Shown here: positions 21,592 through 31,776 of the stretch, in pieces
Layout of the letters: every line of letters begins with the position of its first letter
Position numbering within the stretch: position 1 is the stretch's first letter
Virus record (IMG/VR): IMGVR_UViG_3300047550_006118
Span: 4,536-68,535 of that record
DNA length: 64,000 nt
Source: a virus
Reading direction: 5' to 3' (one strand)
Translations under genes and position numbers: made by a program
Notes under the pieces: model-generated
What the model was told of the DNA's origin: nothing
What the model saw: only the letters and a program-made list of their open reading frames with translations
Databases searched by the model: none

Positions 21592-22496
21592 TGCATCTGC
21601 CATTCCAATATGGCAGCTCCCGCAACTTTTGCGCTATCCCAGGATACACTGATCAACCTTTCGTGGTGATAGGTGCTCCGGTTGACTGCGCTACCACCTT
21701 TCGCAGCGGTACCCGCATGGGCCCCAATGCGATACGGGATGCCAGCATGATGCTAACGGATGGGGTCAACGAACGATTCCCCGTGGATCTGTTGCCCCAT
21801 GTTGGAGATGCCGGAGACATGCCACTTTCGAGCGGCTATAACGAGGCGGCAATGGATGAGATATGCCGAATCATCCGAGATCTCGGCGAGAAGCACGTGG
21901 TAACCCTTGGAGGACACCACGGCATAACCCTGCCGATACTCCGCAGCCTGTACCTTCGCCACGGTTACCGACATCTCGCGGTGGTGCATTTTGACGCCCA
22001 TTGCGACACCTGGGGGGATCATTTCGGCCAGAAGGATGGCCACGGCACGTGGTTGAAGGGTGCCATCGATGACATGTTGGTCGATCCAACCCGGGTGATC
22101 AGCATCGGCATACGCAGCCCCGCCGACGAGATATCCAGGAGATTCCTTACCGCCCACGGCGGGACCACGATATCCTCCAGATCCGCGATGCGCTATTCGC
22201 CGAAGGTCATGGCCGACATCATCCGTGCGAAGGTCGGCGATCGCCCAACGTACCTGAGCCTCGACATCGATTGCTTGGATCCCGCGTATGCACCCGGAAC
22301 TGGTACCCCGGAGATCGGTGGGCTCACATCGATCTGGATGATGGAGGTTATCGAGGAGATGAAGGATATCAACTGGATCGGTATGGATTGTGTCGAGGTT
22401 TCCCCGGCATACGACCAATCCCAGATAACTGCCCTCGCTGCTGCCACCTTCGTGTGGCAGTATCTCTGCATGAATGTTTCTCGCAACCGCCAATAA
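21588..22496 (+). CDS. speB: agmatinase (ureohydrolase family)
   Basis: GTRMGPNAIR, GGHH, DAHCD, SLDIDCLDPAYAPGTGTP and EVSP. Confidence 0.92.
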   Translation: MMHLPFQYGSSRNFCAIPGYTDQPFVVIGAPVDCATTFRSGTRMGPNAIRDASMMLTDGVNERFPVDLLPHVGDAGDMPLSSGYNEAAMDEICRIIRDLGEKHVVTLGGHHGITLPILRSLYLRHGYRHLAVVHFDAHCDTWGDHFGQKDGHGTWLKGAIDDMLVDPTRVISIGIRSPADEISRRFLTAHGGTTISSRSAMRYSPKVMADIIRAKVGDRPTYLSLDIDCLDPAYAPGTGTPEIGGLTSIWMMEVIEEMKDINWIGMDCVEVSPAYDQSQITALAAATFVWQYLCMNVSRNRQ

Positions 22497-22510
22497 CAGG
22501 ATCAAATCCA

Positions 22511-23032
22511 ATGGCAACCACGTACAACGGCATCTCGATTGAGATGAAGCATTTTAACCAGATCCGTCGGTATGTCCCACGGATATCCGAAATGGACCAA
22601 AGGACCCTCGACATCCTCATAGAGATGGGAGCTCTGCAGGTAAGCACGCTTCTCGAGCTAGCGATCGCTAACGTCGGTGATCTGGATGTGATCAGCGCTG
22701 ATGCGCACGATCTCAGTGATGGCAGCGAGGTCAAGATGGCAACCGTTCGGACCCATCGTCGCGGAACATCATGCGGTGCCATGATATCAAACACAAAAAA
22801 TAAGACCGGATTGATACGGGCGCAGGTGATGGAACCAACCACCGAAAAGTTCTATTATTTCACCATACCATATGATGCCCATTCAAAGATAACCGGGGCG
22901 AGCAACATTGATATACCTTTCCATCTCGACGGCACACCACGGAAGGATTACAAACCAAAGATACTTCCAAACTGGTGGAAGTTCGAGGTCGAATCATTCG
23001 AAAGGATGTGCGAGGTTTCGAACCTTAGATGA
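22511..23032 (+). CDS. hypothetical protein (possible nuclease fold)
   Basis: AGGA RBS before MATTYNG; D...EVK pattern. Confidence 0.6.
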   Translation: MATTYNGISIEMKHFNQIRRYVPRISEMDQRTLDILIEMGALQVSTLLELAIANVGDLDVISADAHDLSDGSEVKMATVRTHRRGTSCGAMISNTKNKTGLIRAQVMEPTTEKFYYFTIPYDAHSKITGASNIDIPFHLDGTPRKDYKPKILPNWWKFEVESFERMCEVSNLR

Positions 23033-23141
23033 GGTAAGAAAACAAGATTCTAACACATTTGCGCTGCAAATAAGCTATAGTCAGGCCGTTTAATAGTTTT
23101 GAGGAGGGAAGGGTTCCCTCCCGCAATGGAGTGTCAAACAC

Positions 23142-23384
23142 ATGAAAAAGTCGATCATCGCTCTGGCTACCCTGGGTCTCATTGGTACCGCATCCGTTGC
23201 GGCAATGGCACAGGCTACCGCTCCTGGTGCAACCGTTCCTGCGGCACCGGCCACAAAGGCGACCGGCGCGCAGCCGGTAGCCAAGGCTCCTGCTTCCCCC
23301 GCCGCCAGCACGACGGCGAAGAAGGAAGAACCGAAGACCAAGGCCACGGGCACCCAGGCGCCTGCTGGTACGACTAAGCCGTAA
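23142..23384 (+). CDS. exported Ala/Pro/Thr-rich small protein
   Basis: Sec signal peptide MKKSIIALATLGLIGTASVAAMA followed by a low-complexity tail. Confidence 0.75.
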   Translation: MKKSIIALATLGLIGTASVAAMAQATAPGATVPAAPATKATGAQPVAKAPASPAASTTAKKEEPKTKATGTQAPAGTTKP

Positions 23385-23469
23385 CGCCGATCAACGGCAG
23401 GGTTGTGGGATCCTAAAACATGCCAACCCTGCCGTTGACATAAATGAAAATCTAACGCATAAATATCTT

Positions 23470-23765
23470 GTTACCGTTGATAACGGCCAAATAGACCAGG
23501 CAGGACCGCGGGGCAGTACCGCGCCGCTCCACCAGTAAGAACACTCGGACAGACACAGCCCCTTAAAACGGGGAAGCATGGTGGTGATGACGATGTCTAC
23601 ATCATGGGGCGGAAGCAGGATCGACTGATGGTGTCAAGGGACGGAGTAGGTATCGGTGCGCAAGCTACCTTAACGCAAGAAACACCATAAATGCCAACGA
23701 CAACGTTGCATTTGAGGAAGTGCGCCTAGCGGCGTAACCCCATTGGGCATGAGGAAGGCCTAGAA
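23470..23765 (+). ncRNA. ssrA: two-piece (circularly permuted) tmRNA, alphaproteobacterial type
   Basis: Acceptor piece ends CCGCTCC-ACCA at 23534. Coding piece starts GGGGCGG at 23606, pairing with a G3.U70 wobble. Resume codon at 23693 gives tag ANDNVAFEEVRLAA*. Outer ends are approximate. Confidence 0.93.
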
Positions 23766-23771
23766 ACAGAA

Positions 23772-23802
23772 GGGGCAGGAGAAATCCTGCCCCATCCTTT
23801 TA
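23772..23802 (+). terminator. intrinsic terminator after tmRNA
   Basis: GGGGCAGGA-GAAA-TCCTGCCCC hairpin followed by a T-rich tract. Confidence 0.75.
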
Positions 23803-23880
23803 TTTGACCTCCGGTGTGCGTCTTGCGCAAAATGATCTTGGACCAATGATGGTCCTACACACAACACACAGGAGAGTAAA

Positions 23881-24120
23881 ATGGACGCATATGAAATACG
23901 GCTAGAGCTTCTAAAGATGTCCAAGGACATTTTGATGGATGATTGGCATTGCAAGCGCAACGCCATAGAAAATGTTTATTTCCAAACGAGGGAAATACAG
24001 ATGTCCCAGGAATACAACCAGCAAGTGGTTGACTACCCAGAGGTACCTGAGGTACCTTCCAGCAGAGACATCACGGAGCTTGCTAGCAAGCTGAACGAGT
24101 TCGTCAGCCGCAAGGCATGA
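23881..24120 (+). CDS. conserved hypothetical phage protein
   Basis: YEIRLELLKMSKD...A.KLNEFVS pattern; AGGAG RBS. Confidence 0.75.
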   Translation: MDAYEIRLELLKMSKDILMDDWHCKRNAIENVYFQTREIQMSQEYNQQVVDYPEVPEVPSSRDITELASKLNEFVSRKA

Positions 24121-24123
24121 TCG

Positions 24124-24957
24124 CTATCTTATCAGTTTACCTGTAGCATCGACGTAACCTCTTGCACCGGGACGGTTGTGCAGGATGAACTCGCTTTGTC
24201 CTGCACGATCCGTTATCCAGATGATGTCGTCTATCGGTATCTCGACCTTGAACACATTTTTGAGCTTGAGGTTTCTCTCATCGATTAGTTCCTGATACCG
24301 GCGTTGATCATCGCGGAACTGTGATTCGAGATCGTCGCCGTCGGTGATCATTTCTCCGTCCTTGTCATAGATCTCGTAGTAAAATTCGTCCAGATCCGGA
24401 TCGTCTGTTGGGGTATCGGTCCGTATGTAGGTCTTGCCGAGGAATTTTACCTTGCCGGTTTCCGCGTAGGTTTTCAATGCCTTCTGGATGTCGGCATCGG
24501 ATATTGGTTTGATCTTCATCAATCGAGGATCGATGCTGGCAAACCACGCTGCGATGCGAGGATCGGAGGTCCAACTGAGTGTCGATCTCTGGGATTTTCC
24601 TTGATCAACCTCTCCCTGTCCTCGATAAAGAGTGATGGTTGGTCCGAATTTTGCCATCAAGGCGTTCCTCACCGGACCAAATGCCGCGGCGATCTGCCGC
24701 TTTATCTCCATGCCTGTTGGGCTTGGATTGGACGAATATGCGTCCTCTAACCGATTGCTCTGCATGATCCCAGCATCGATGTTCTTGCTCATGGCGTCAT
24801 GTGGTACACCGACGAAATGGTCCAAGGCCTCTCCGGCTTCGGTGCCATCTATCGCCGCATCTGCCTTTTTTACCAGCGAATCTATGCCAAGCTTTGAAAC
24901 ACTGATATCGGTGAAGGACTCAACCAATATAGAACGTAGAAGATCACGTATCAGCAT
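24124..24957 (-). CDS. late protein, putative ADP-ribosyltransferase-fold
   Basis: LYRG / LSWTS / QSE matches the R-S-E triad; MLIRDLL...VE N-terminus; late promoter at 24985-24991 (-). Confidence 0.5.
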   Translation of the reverse strand: MLIRDLLRSILVESFTDISVSKLGIDSLVKKADAAIDGTEAGEALDHFVGVPHDAMSKNIDAGIMQSNRLEDAYSSNPSPTGMEIKRQIAAAFGPVRNALMAKFGPTITLYRGQGEVDQGKSQRSTLSWTSDPRIAAWFASIDPRLMKIKPISDADIQKALKTYAETGKVKFLGKTYIRTDTPTDDPDLDEFYYEIYDKDGEMITDGDDLESQFRDDQRRYQELIDERNLKLKNVFKVEIPIDDIIWITDRAGQSEFILHNRPGARGYVDATGKLIR

Positions 24958-25016
24958 ATTGCAACCTTTTTCCTGCGATGGTTATATTTACTCGGCCTTA
25001 TCACATGGAGGAACAA

Positions 25017-25736
25017 ATGGACTATCAATCCAATTCGTACGGAATGTCTACCCCTTCCACGGGAACCGTTGAGATCGACCAGGGTCTCCGCGCTTTCATG
25101 CAGGGAGTTTACAATCGAATGGCCGGCGCTCTAGCCGTCACGGGGCTGGTGGCATATTGGGCCAGCGGTGCTCTTTTACCACTCATGTCCAGTTGGCTTT
25201 GGATCCTGATGGTGTTGTTACCACTGCCATTCGTCATGGTACTTAGCTACGGCATATACAAGTTCAGCCTGCCTACCGCAAACGCGCTGTTCTGGGGATT
25301 TTCGGCGGTGATGGGGTTGAGCCTTAGCACCATTTTCGTGAAATACACCTCAGCCAGCATCGCGCAGGTGTTTTTCATCACGGCAGGCACATTCGCGGCG
25401 GCCAGCATTTATGGCTACACCACCCGCAGGGATCTAACCACCATGGGAGGTTTCCTCATGATGGGACTGATCGGCATCATCATCGCCAGCCTGGTCAACA
25501 TCTTCCTGGCAAGCTCGATGATGACCTTCGTCATATCGATCCTTGCCGTGCTGATATTCACGGGCCTCACGGCATACGACACGCAGGACATCAAGCAGGA
25601 TTATCTGTCGAACGGTGCGCGGTATGGGTATGATTCTCCGGCACGCAGCTCGATCTATGGCGCCCTGAATCTCTACCTCGACTTCATCAACATCTTCGTG
25701 CATCTGATGCAGTTGATCGGAATCAAGAAGGACTAA
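25017..25736 (+). CDS. Bax inhibitor-1/YccA family membrane protein
   Basis: About 7 hydrophobic segments; YGYTTRRDL, AYDTQ.IK and ALNLYLDFINIF motifs. Confidence 0.92.
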   Translation: MDYQSNSYGMSTPSTGTVEIDQGLRAFMQGVYNRMAGALAVTGLVAYWASGALLPLMSSWLWILMVLLPLPFVMVLSYGIYKFSLPTANALFWGFSAVMGLSLSTIFVKYTSASIAQVFFITAGTFAAASIYGYTTRRDLTTMGGFLMMGLIGIIIASLVNIFLASSMMTFVISILAVLIFTGLTAYDTQDIKQDYLSNGARYGYDSPARSSIYGALNLYLDFINIFVHLMQLIGIKKD

Positions 25737-25910
25737 ATAGATCGGTGCGAGCAGTCGCACCGATTGTTCATAAATATCCAAGAAGTAAACAAGACTGGTA
25801 CCAAAAGCTGGTCAATCACCGTTTACGAGCGCTAGAATTGGCCGGGTTGTTTGTTAAACATTAATGACGACCAAGAAATAACCCAAAGCAGGCAAAGATA
25901 CGAGACTAAA

Positions 25911-25945
25911 TCGGGAGTGAGGATAGTTCCTCACTCCCGAACCAT
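25911..25945 (+). terminator. strong hairpin / terminator
   Basis: TCGGGAGTGAGGA-TAGT-TCCTCACTCCCGA 13-bp stem. Confidence 0.65.
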
Positions 25946-26015
25946 TTATGCTGGTTGACAGCCATGCTGGTAACTAGCATATCCTACGATAGCAATTCTA
26001 GATCATTGGATCCAC

Positions 26016-27899
26016 ATGACTAAGAAAACCGACGAAATCGTCAAGCTCAGTGACTACGCACATCATCGCTTGCGCACGGAGATGTACCTCGGATCGAGGA
26101 ATCTCCACACACAGACCGTGATAAACTGGAACGGCACCCAGCTCGTGGCCGAGGAGGTGTCATGGACACCGGCCGCATATTGCGCCTTTCGTGAGGTATT
26201 TGATAACGCCTTGGACGAGGTGATAGGACACGGGCACGGTAACAACATCGACGTTACATACGATCCAAAAACATTGAGCTTTTCCGTCGTCGACAACGGC
26301 CGGGGGATACCGATCGACTGGGATGAGAACGAGAACATGCACAAGGCCACGCTTGCACTGACGCAGGCCCGGGCCGGAAGAAACTTCGGAGAACGGCAGG
26401 AGGTGCGCGGGACCAATGGCATCGGCGCATCGGTGGTGGTAAGCTGTTCGAAGGAGTTCCACATCGACATCGTACGCGGCGGCAAGAGGTTCCAGCAGAC
26501 CTTCCGCGAGGGAACCGAGATACTTCCAGAGCTGGATATCGGCGACCCAAAGATCACCAACAACGCCGGTAAGACCGGTACCACGGTGAATTTCACCCTG
26601 AGCACGAAGGTATTTCCAAAGGCAAAGATACCCCTGTCGTTCGTGAAGTCCCGAGTGTTCGAGGTCGCTGCCAACCATCCCAAGGTGAGGTTCACCTTCA
26701 ACGGTGAGCGGGTCGTGGTCGGCAAGAGCGTTGATCGGACCATGTTCCACAATCGCGATGTGGTGATCATCAACATTGCCGAGGAAAAGTTCAACAGCAC
26801 ATATTACCTCCTGCCGGGCTTTGCCGAGGAGGGAGAATACCTGCACAGCACGGTCAATGACATACCGGCTTTCAACGGCGGGCAACACATCGACACCTTC
26901 AAGCGGCTGTTTTACGGAGGCATGCTCAAGGCCATGGAGCGAGAAAGCAAGCGGCGCGGGTTGACCCCCAACCGCAGCGACATCGCCGAGGGACTGTTGA
27001 TCTACAACACCACCACGATGCATGCTCCGAACTTCGACAGCCAGAGCAAGACCAGGTTGATCAATGACGAGGTGGACAAGTACATCAAGGCCAGCCTGGA
27101 GGATGAGAACACCTTCAAGACCATCATCCGTGCCAACAAGGCATGGATGGATGCCATCTATGCCCGCTGCGCTGCGAGGACGCAGAAGAAGGATGATGCC
27201 GACATAGCCAAGGCAAACCGCAAGCTGATGAGGAACAAGGTTCCCAAGCTGCTGGATGCCAACGGCAAGGATCGCACCAAGTGCATCCTGCTGATCACGG
27301 AAGGTGACAGTGCCAAGACCATGGTGTCGGCCGTGCGAGACCCGGAGATACATGGTGCTCTGCCCCTGCGCGGTAAGATCCTCAACGTGCGCGGCGAGAG
27401 CCCCAAGGACGTGATGGCCAACCAGATCATCGCGGACATGATGACCGCCATCGGGATCGGCATCGGTCAGAAGGCCGAGCGCAAGGATCTACGATACGGG
27501 AAGGTTTATCTTGCCGCCGACCAGGACCCGGATGGTGCCAACATCACTGCGCTGCTGGTGAACTTCTTCTACCTGCACTGGCCGGAACTCTTCGATGCCA
27601 AGCAGGAACCATTCTTCTATGCGTTCCAGACCCCGTTCATCATCCAGGAGAAGGGTAAGAAGAGACACTATTGGTACGCCGACGATTATCATCAATACAA
27701 CCCGGATGACTGGAAGGGTGCCCCGAAACCGACCAGGGCAAAGGGACTTGGTAGCCTCGAGGAGGTTGACTGGATACACAGCCTATCCAACCCCAGGTTG
27801 ATTCCGATCGTCGACGACGGCAAGCTTGCCGAGGCGCTGGACCTAATCTTCAACGGATCTCGCGCCGATGATCGCAAGGCGTGGGTAGCACTGAACTAA
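26016..27899 (+). CDS. type IIA DNA topoisomerase ATPase/TOPRIM subunit (T4 gp39+60 / GyrB-like)
   Basis: EVFDNALDE, DNGRGIP, GTNGIG, TEGDSA, PLRGKILN, DQDPDG and KGLGS. Confidence 0.95.
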   Translation: MTKKTDEIVKLSDYAHHRLRTEMYLGSRNLHTQTVINWNGTQLVAEEVSWTPAAYCAFREVFDNALDEVIGHGHGNNIDVTYDPKTLSFSVVDNGRGIPIDWDENENMHKATLALTQARAGRNFGERQEVRGTNGIGASVVVSCSKEFHIDIVRGGKRFQQTFREGTEILPELDIGDPKITNNAGKTGTTVNFTLSTKVFPKAKIPLSFVKSRVFEVAANHPKVRFTFNGERVVVGKSVDRTMFHNRDVVIINIAEEKFNSTYYLLPGFAEEGEYLHSTVNDIPAFNGGQHIDTFKRLFYGGMLKAMERESKRRGLTPNRSDIAEGLLIYNTTTMHAPNFDSQSKTRLINDEVDKYIKASLEDENTFKTIIRANKAWMDAIYARCAARTQKKDDADIAKANRKLMRNKVPKLLDANGKDRTKCILLITEGDSAKTMVSAVRDPEIHGALPLRGKILNVRGESPKDVMANQIIADMMTAIGIGIGQKAERKDLRYGKVYLAADQDPDGANITALLVNFFYLHWPELFDAKQEPFFYAFQTPFIIQEKGKKRHYWYADDYHQYNPDDWKGAPKPTRAKGLGSLEEVDWIHSLSNPRLIPIVDDGKLAEALDLIFNGSRADDRKAWVALN

Positions 27900-27909
27900 T
27901 GATCGATGT

Positions 27910-28155
27910 ATGAAAAAGATAAGTCTGGGTAGTATATCTCTACCTGATAATCAGGAGAATATAACCATTGTCATTGGAATTCTCCTGGGGAGGACCGACA
28001 TACCGGAAAAGATGGAATGGTTGAACACGCATTATCCGTCGGCCAGGATCACCGTCAATGAGCTTAGACATCCGGAAGGATTCACCGAGTTTAACTGGAT
28101 GGTTGGGTTCGATGACGATGCCAGTTTCGTACACTATAAGATGACACACGATTGA
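27910..28155 (+). CDS. small protein of the W...F..ED..LFK(M/L).W family
   Basis: C-terminal FDDDASFVHYKMTH resembles the paralogues at 50.2-54.5 kb. Confidence 0.6.
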   Translation: MKKISLGSISLPDNQENITIVIGILLGRTDIPEKMEWLNTHYPSARITVNELRHPEGFTEFNWMVGFDDDASFVHYKMTHD

Positions 28156-28170
28156 CGAAAGATCACCGGA

Positions 28171-29529
28171 ATGACATATTCTGATACCACATCCTTCATC
28201 AAGGACACCAGCAGGGAATATTCGATCTACGTTTGCCAAAGCCGAGGAATACCATCGGTTAGCGACGGGCTCAAGGACGCGCAGAGGAAGGCGCTGTTCG
28301 TGATGAAAACGATCAACGAGAAGATCAAGACGGTTTCGTTGGCCGGAAAGCTGATCTCGGAAAACATCTATCTCCATGGCGATGCTGCCGCGGCCGATAC
28401 CATATCCCTGATGGCAGCACCGTATTGCAACAACGTCCCTCTGCTCAGCGGCATCGGTGCGTTCGGCACGAGAATAGGCCCAACCGACTGGGGTGCTCCT
28501 CGATATACCTATGTCAAGAAGGGCACGTACACCGAGGCCCTGATATACCAGGATTATGACATCATCCCGCTGAAGGAAAACTACGACGGTTCGGTGATGG
28601 AACCCAAGCATTTCCTCCCGCTGATACCGCTGGTGCTTCTCAACGGGGTCAGCGGTATCGCGGTTGGATGGAGCACGGAGATCCTGCCAAGGAGCCTCTC
28701 GGGGTTGATCGATGCAACCATTGCCGCGATCGACGGGAAGAAGAAGCTGCCCGATCTCCTACCAGCCTACGAGTATCTACAGACCACCGTGAGGGGAATA
28801 GGTGACAACGCATACGAGTTCACCGGCAAGGTGGTCATCGATGGATCAACGGTGATCGTGACCGAGCTACCTCCGGATCTCAGCCCGGAAAAGTTCAAGG
28901 CCCGGCTGAACAAGATGGAAGACGAGGAACAGATACAGACCTACGTCGACCGCAGCACCAAGGACATCAAGATCGAGGTTAGGTTCAAGCGTGGTACCAT
29001 CAACGGATGGACCGAGGCCAAGGCCATTGAGTTCCTCAAGCTCAAGAGCAAGACGACCGAACGGTTGGTGGTGCTGGATTGGGATGGTAACAACATCAAG
29101 CAGTATGCCGATGCAGAAACGCTGATACGTGATTTCGTGGAATGGCGGCTTGGGTTCTATACCAAAAGGTATCAGAAGCTGCTGGCCGACGCAACGCGAG
29201 ACCTCAACTGGAACCTAGCCCTGAAAGCTTGCTATGATAAGGGATTGCCCGGTTTCCTTCCCAAGGCAAACAACAAGGCTGAGATCATTACGAAAATAAT
29301 CGCGATAACCGAGAAGATCGACATCGACGACGGACAAAAAGATCGCATCGCCGGTCTGGCCAGCTATCGATGGGCAAAGGATGCCTATGACGAGGTGGTC
29401 AAGAAGGTCGCCGAGCTGGAAGGCACCATCACCGGATATGAGGCCATCCTGGCGGACCCGGCCAAGCTGCGTGCCATCTATCGCCAGGAGGTAGCGGCCC
29501 TCAAAAAGCTGCCTGCCGTCGATCGGTAA
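28171..29529 (+). CDS. type IIA DNA topoisomerase DNA-cleavage subunit (T4 gp52 / GyrA-like)
   Basis: RGIPSVSDGLK.AQRK, YLHGD, APRY (catalytic Tyr) and NGVSGIAVG. Confidence 0.95.
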   Translation: MTYSDTTSFIKDTSREYSIYVCQSRGIPSVSDGLKDAQRKALFVMKTINEKIKTVSLAGKLISENIYLHGDAAAADTISLMAAPYCNNVPLLSGIGAFGTRIGPTDWGAPRYTYVKKGTYTEALIYQDYDIIPLKENYDGSVMEPKHFLPLIPLVLLNGVSGIAVGWSTEILPRSLSGLIDATIAAIDGKKKLPDLLPAYEYLQTTVRGIGDNAYEFTGKVVIDGSTVIVTELPPDLSPEKFKARLNKMEDEEQIQTYVDRSTKDIKIEVRFKRGTINGWTEAKAIEFLKLKSKTTERLVVLDWDGNNIKQYADAETLIRDFVEWRLGFYTKRYQKLLADATRDLNWNLALKACYDKGLPGFLPKANNKAEIITKIIAITEKIDIDDGQKDRIAGLASYRWAKDAYDEVVKKVAELEGTITGYEAILADPAKLRAIYRQEVAALKKLPAVDR

Positions 29530-29537
29530 ATATCGCC

Positions 29538-29993
29538 ATGAAAGCCAAGGATCTGCAAGCACCGATGAAGCTCGGTGCCGGCTGCCTGATCACCGCAACG
29601 GAAACCAATCGTTTCCTGCTGATACAGCGCAGCGAGTACGTACCGTTGCCCCTTGTCTGGAGCCTGCCCGGAGGCAAGGTGGATCTAGGCGAGCGGCCAA
29701 TGGCGGCGGCCAAGAGGGAGGTGCTGGAGGAAATCGGGTTCGATGCTTCCGCCCAACCACTACGGTTGATCTACACGAATGACGTCCATGCACCAAGGTT
29801 TAGGTTTTACACCTACGCCTGCGTGATCAAGGAAGAGTTCAAACCAACCCTCAACTGGGAAAGCAACGGATATGTGTGGTGTGACATGGACAGCCTGCCT
29901 GAACCGCTGCATTGGGGTGTTTCCCAGCTGATCAACCATGATTCGTCCGCACGCATCCTCAAGAAATTCATCGAGGAACAAAACCGGTCCTAG
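29538..29993 (+). CDS. NUDIX hydrolase
   Basis: GGKVDLGE...AAKREVLEEIG Nudix box. Confidence 0.92.
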   Translation: MKAKDLQAPMKLGAGCLITATETNRFLLIQRSEYVPLPLVWSLPGGKVDLGERPMAAAKREVLEEIGFDASAQPLRLIYTNDVHAPRFRFYTYACVIKEEFKPTLNWESNGYVWCDMDSLPEPLHWGVSQLINHDSSARILKKFIEEQNRS

Positions 29994-30039
29994 TAGTATC
30001 GTCTTGACACGTCTTGTGGTCTTCGTGTAAGTTCGTGGC

Positions 30040-31017
30040 ATGGAGAACGACATGGATCTCATGGATGCCAGAAATGTTTCTGCCCTGCTGAACGGCAAGA
30101 CCGATTGCTTGCTCGGTGTCAGCGGAGGCATAGACAGCATGGTCATGCTACATTGGATTGCACAAAATCGAAGCAAGCTTCCGGCTCGGATCCGTGCCAT
30201 GCATGTTGATCATGGCATCAATCCAAGCAGCGGAGAGTGGGCAATGCACGTGGCACGAGCATGCTCGGTTCTGGATATCCCTTGCGAGGTCAAGAAGGTC
30301 GACCTGGAAGGCCTGGGAAACAATCTCGAATACGCCGCGAGGCGGGCGCGATACAAGGCTTTCTGCGAAAGCGGGGCAGACGCGCTGATGCTGGCCCACC
30401 ATGCCAACGACCAGTGCGAGAGTTTCCTCCTCAAGCTTTTCAGGGGCAGTGGTGTCAAGGGCCTCAAGGCCATGGGCATGAGTTCTCCCTGCTGGTATGA
30501 CGATTCCGTGGCTTTGCTACGCCCGATGCTAAACGTTACCAGGGGGCAGATCGAAGCATGGGCCGAGATACACGGCATCACCGGCATCGAGGATCCGTCC
30601 AACGTCGACGATCGATACGATCGCAACTACATCCGCAATCGCGTGTGGCCGGTGATCCAGGACAGGTTTGACATCGCCGACATCAACACCATCCGCAGCA
30701 TCCAGCATCTGGGTGAGGCATGGGAGCTGACCACCATGCTGGCGGATCAGGACATCGTGTCGGTAACCATGGAGGATGGTAGCCTGGAATGGACGAAGCT
30801 GCGTGATCTGGGCTATCTCCGCATCAAGAACGTCATCCTGCGCATCCTCGACAGGGAAGGCGTTTACGGATTCAGCATCAATCACGTCGAGCAGTTCGCA
30901 AACGGGCTCATCGACGCTGATTATGACAGCCGCAACGAGCTGAGCCTCAAGGGTTTCACCATGAACAAGATCGGCAAGCGGATACATGTCTCAACGATCC
31001 AGCGACGAGCTGCCTGA
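30040..31017 (+). CDS. tilS: tRNA(Ile)-lysidine synthetase
   Basis: SGGIDS PP-loop, HVDHG, ARRARY, AHHANDQCE, RPML and EDPSN...RNYIR. Confidence 0.93.
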   Translation: MENDMDLMDARNVSALLNGKTDCLLGVSGGIDSMVMLHWIAQNRSKLPARIRAMHVDHGINPSSGEWAMHVARACSVLDIPCEVKKVDLEGLGNNLEYAARRARYKAFCESGADALMLAHHANDQCESFLLKLFRGSGVKGLKAMGMSSPCWYDDSVALLRPMLNVTRGQIEAWAEIHGITGIEDPSNVDDRYDRNYIRNRVWPVIQDRFDIADINTIRSIQHLGEAWELTTMLADQDIVSVTMEDGSLEWTKLRDLGYLRIKNVILRILDREGVYGFSINHVEQFANGLIDADYDSRNELSLKGFTMNKIGKRIHVSTIQRRAA

Positions 31018-31744
31018 GCAAACCATCACCGTATCTGCCCGACGCCGTGCCAAGCACGATGAGGCCAAGGAATCCAGAAACCAGAGGTTCGGGGAGAAGA
31101 TCTACGGGGTGGTTCATGAACCGGTAATACCAACCGGTATCATCGGGATATGGGATCCTCCTGATTATCTGCGTAGCAGGAGAACGGCATCTCATTCGTC
31201 TACCGTGATGAATGACGGGATCGACCGTCGGCTTGACCTCCGTTGCTTCTACACCGGAGTGGCATGCTATCCGCCGCCCGCCAGACCTCCGGTCGGATGG
31301 AACCATGATCCGAGGAAGGAACCGTGGCTTGGGACCAGGGATCATCTGGTGCCAGCACGGCGTGATGTACCCGGCTGTCCGATCATCGTGGGGAAGCATC
31401 CATCGACGCTGGTATGGTCGTCGAACATGGTCAACGTGATATTCGGCCTAACTCCGCTCGCCATCAAGCTCAAGATACGAGGATGGATGAAGACCATACC
31501 ATACGACAGGTCCGACACATCCGTGGAGGCTGGTAACAACATCAAATGGTTGCTGATCAAGCTACTGGACGAGTTCAGGATCAACGGTAGGTATCCGTGG
31601 AGCCGGCGCCAGGACGGTAAGTGGTGGTTCCCGGAGATATCCGATCCGTTCATGGCCCGCATGTGGAAGATGGAGCAGGAGTTCCTTTCCCTTGACGAGG
31701 AGTCCAGGAATCTCTGGATCAGCAAATTCAGCTGGCAATTCTAG
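30986..31744 (+). CDS. hypothetical protein (weak HNH-like signature)
   Basis: RCFYTG ... TRDHLVP segment; start uncertain. Confidence 0.5.
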   Translation: MSQRSSDELPEQTITVSARRRAKHDEAKESRNQRFGEKIYGVVHEPVIPTGIIGIWDPPDYLRSRRTASHSSTVMNDGIDRRLDLRCFYTGVACYPPPARPPVGWNHDPRKEPWLGTRDHLVPARRDVPGCPIIVGKHPSTLVWSSNMVNVIFGLTPLAIKLKIRGWMKTIPYDRSDTSVEAGNNIKWLLIKLLDEFRINGRYPWSRRQDGKWWFPEISDPFMARMWKMEQEFLSLDEESRNLWISKFSWQF

Positions 31745-31776
31745 ACCAGCCTGGATGATCTGCTGCATGCTTAGGG

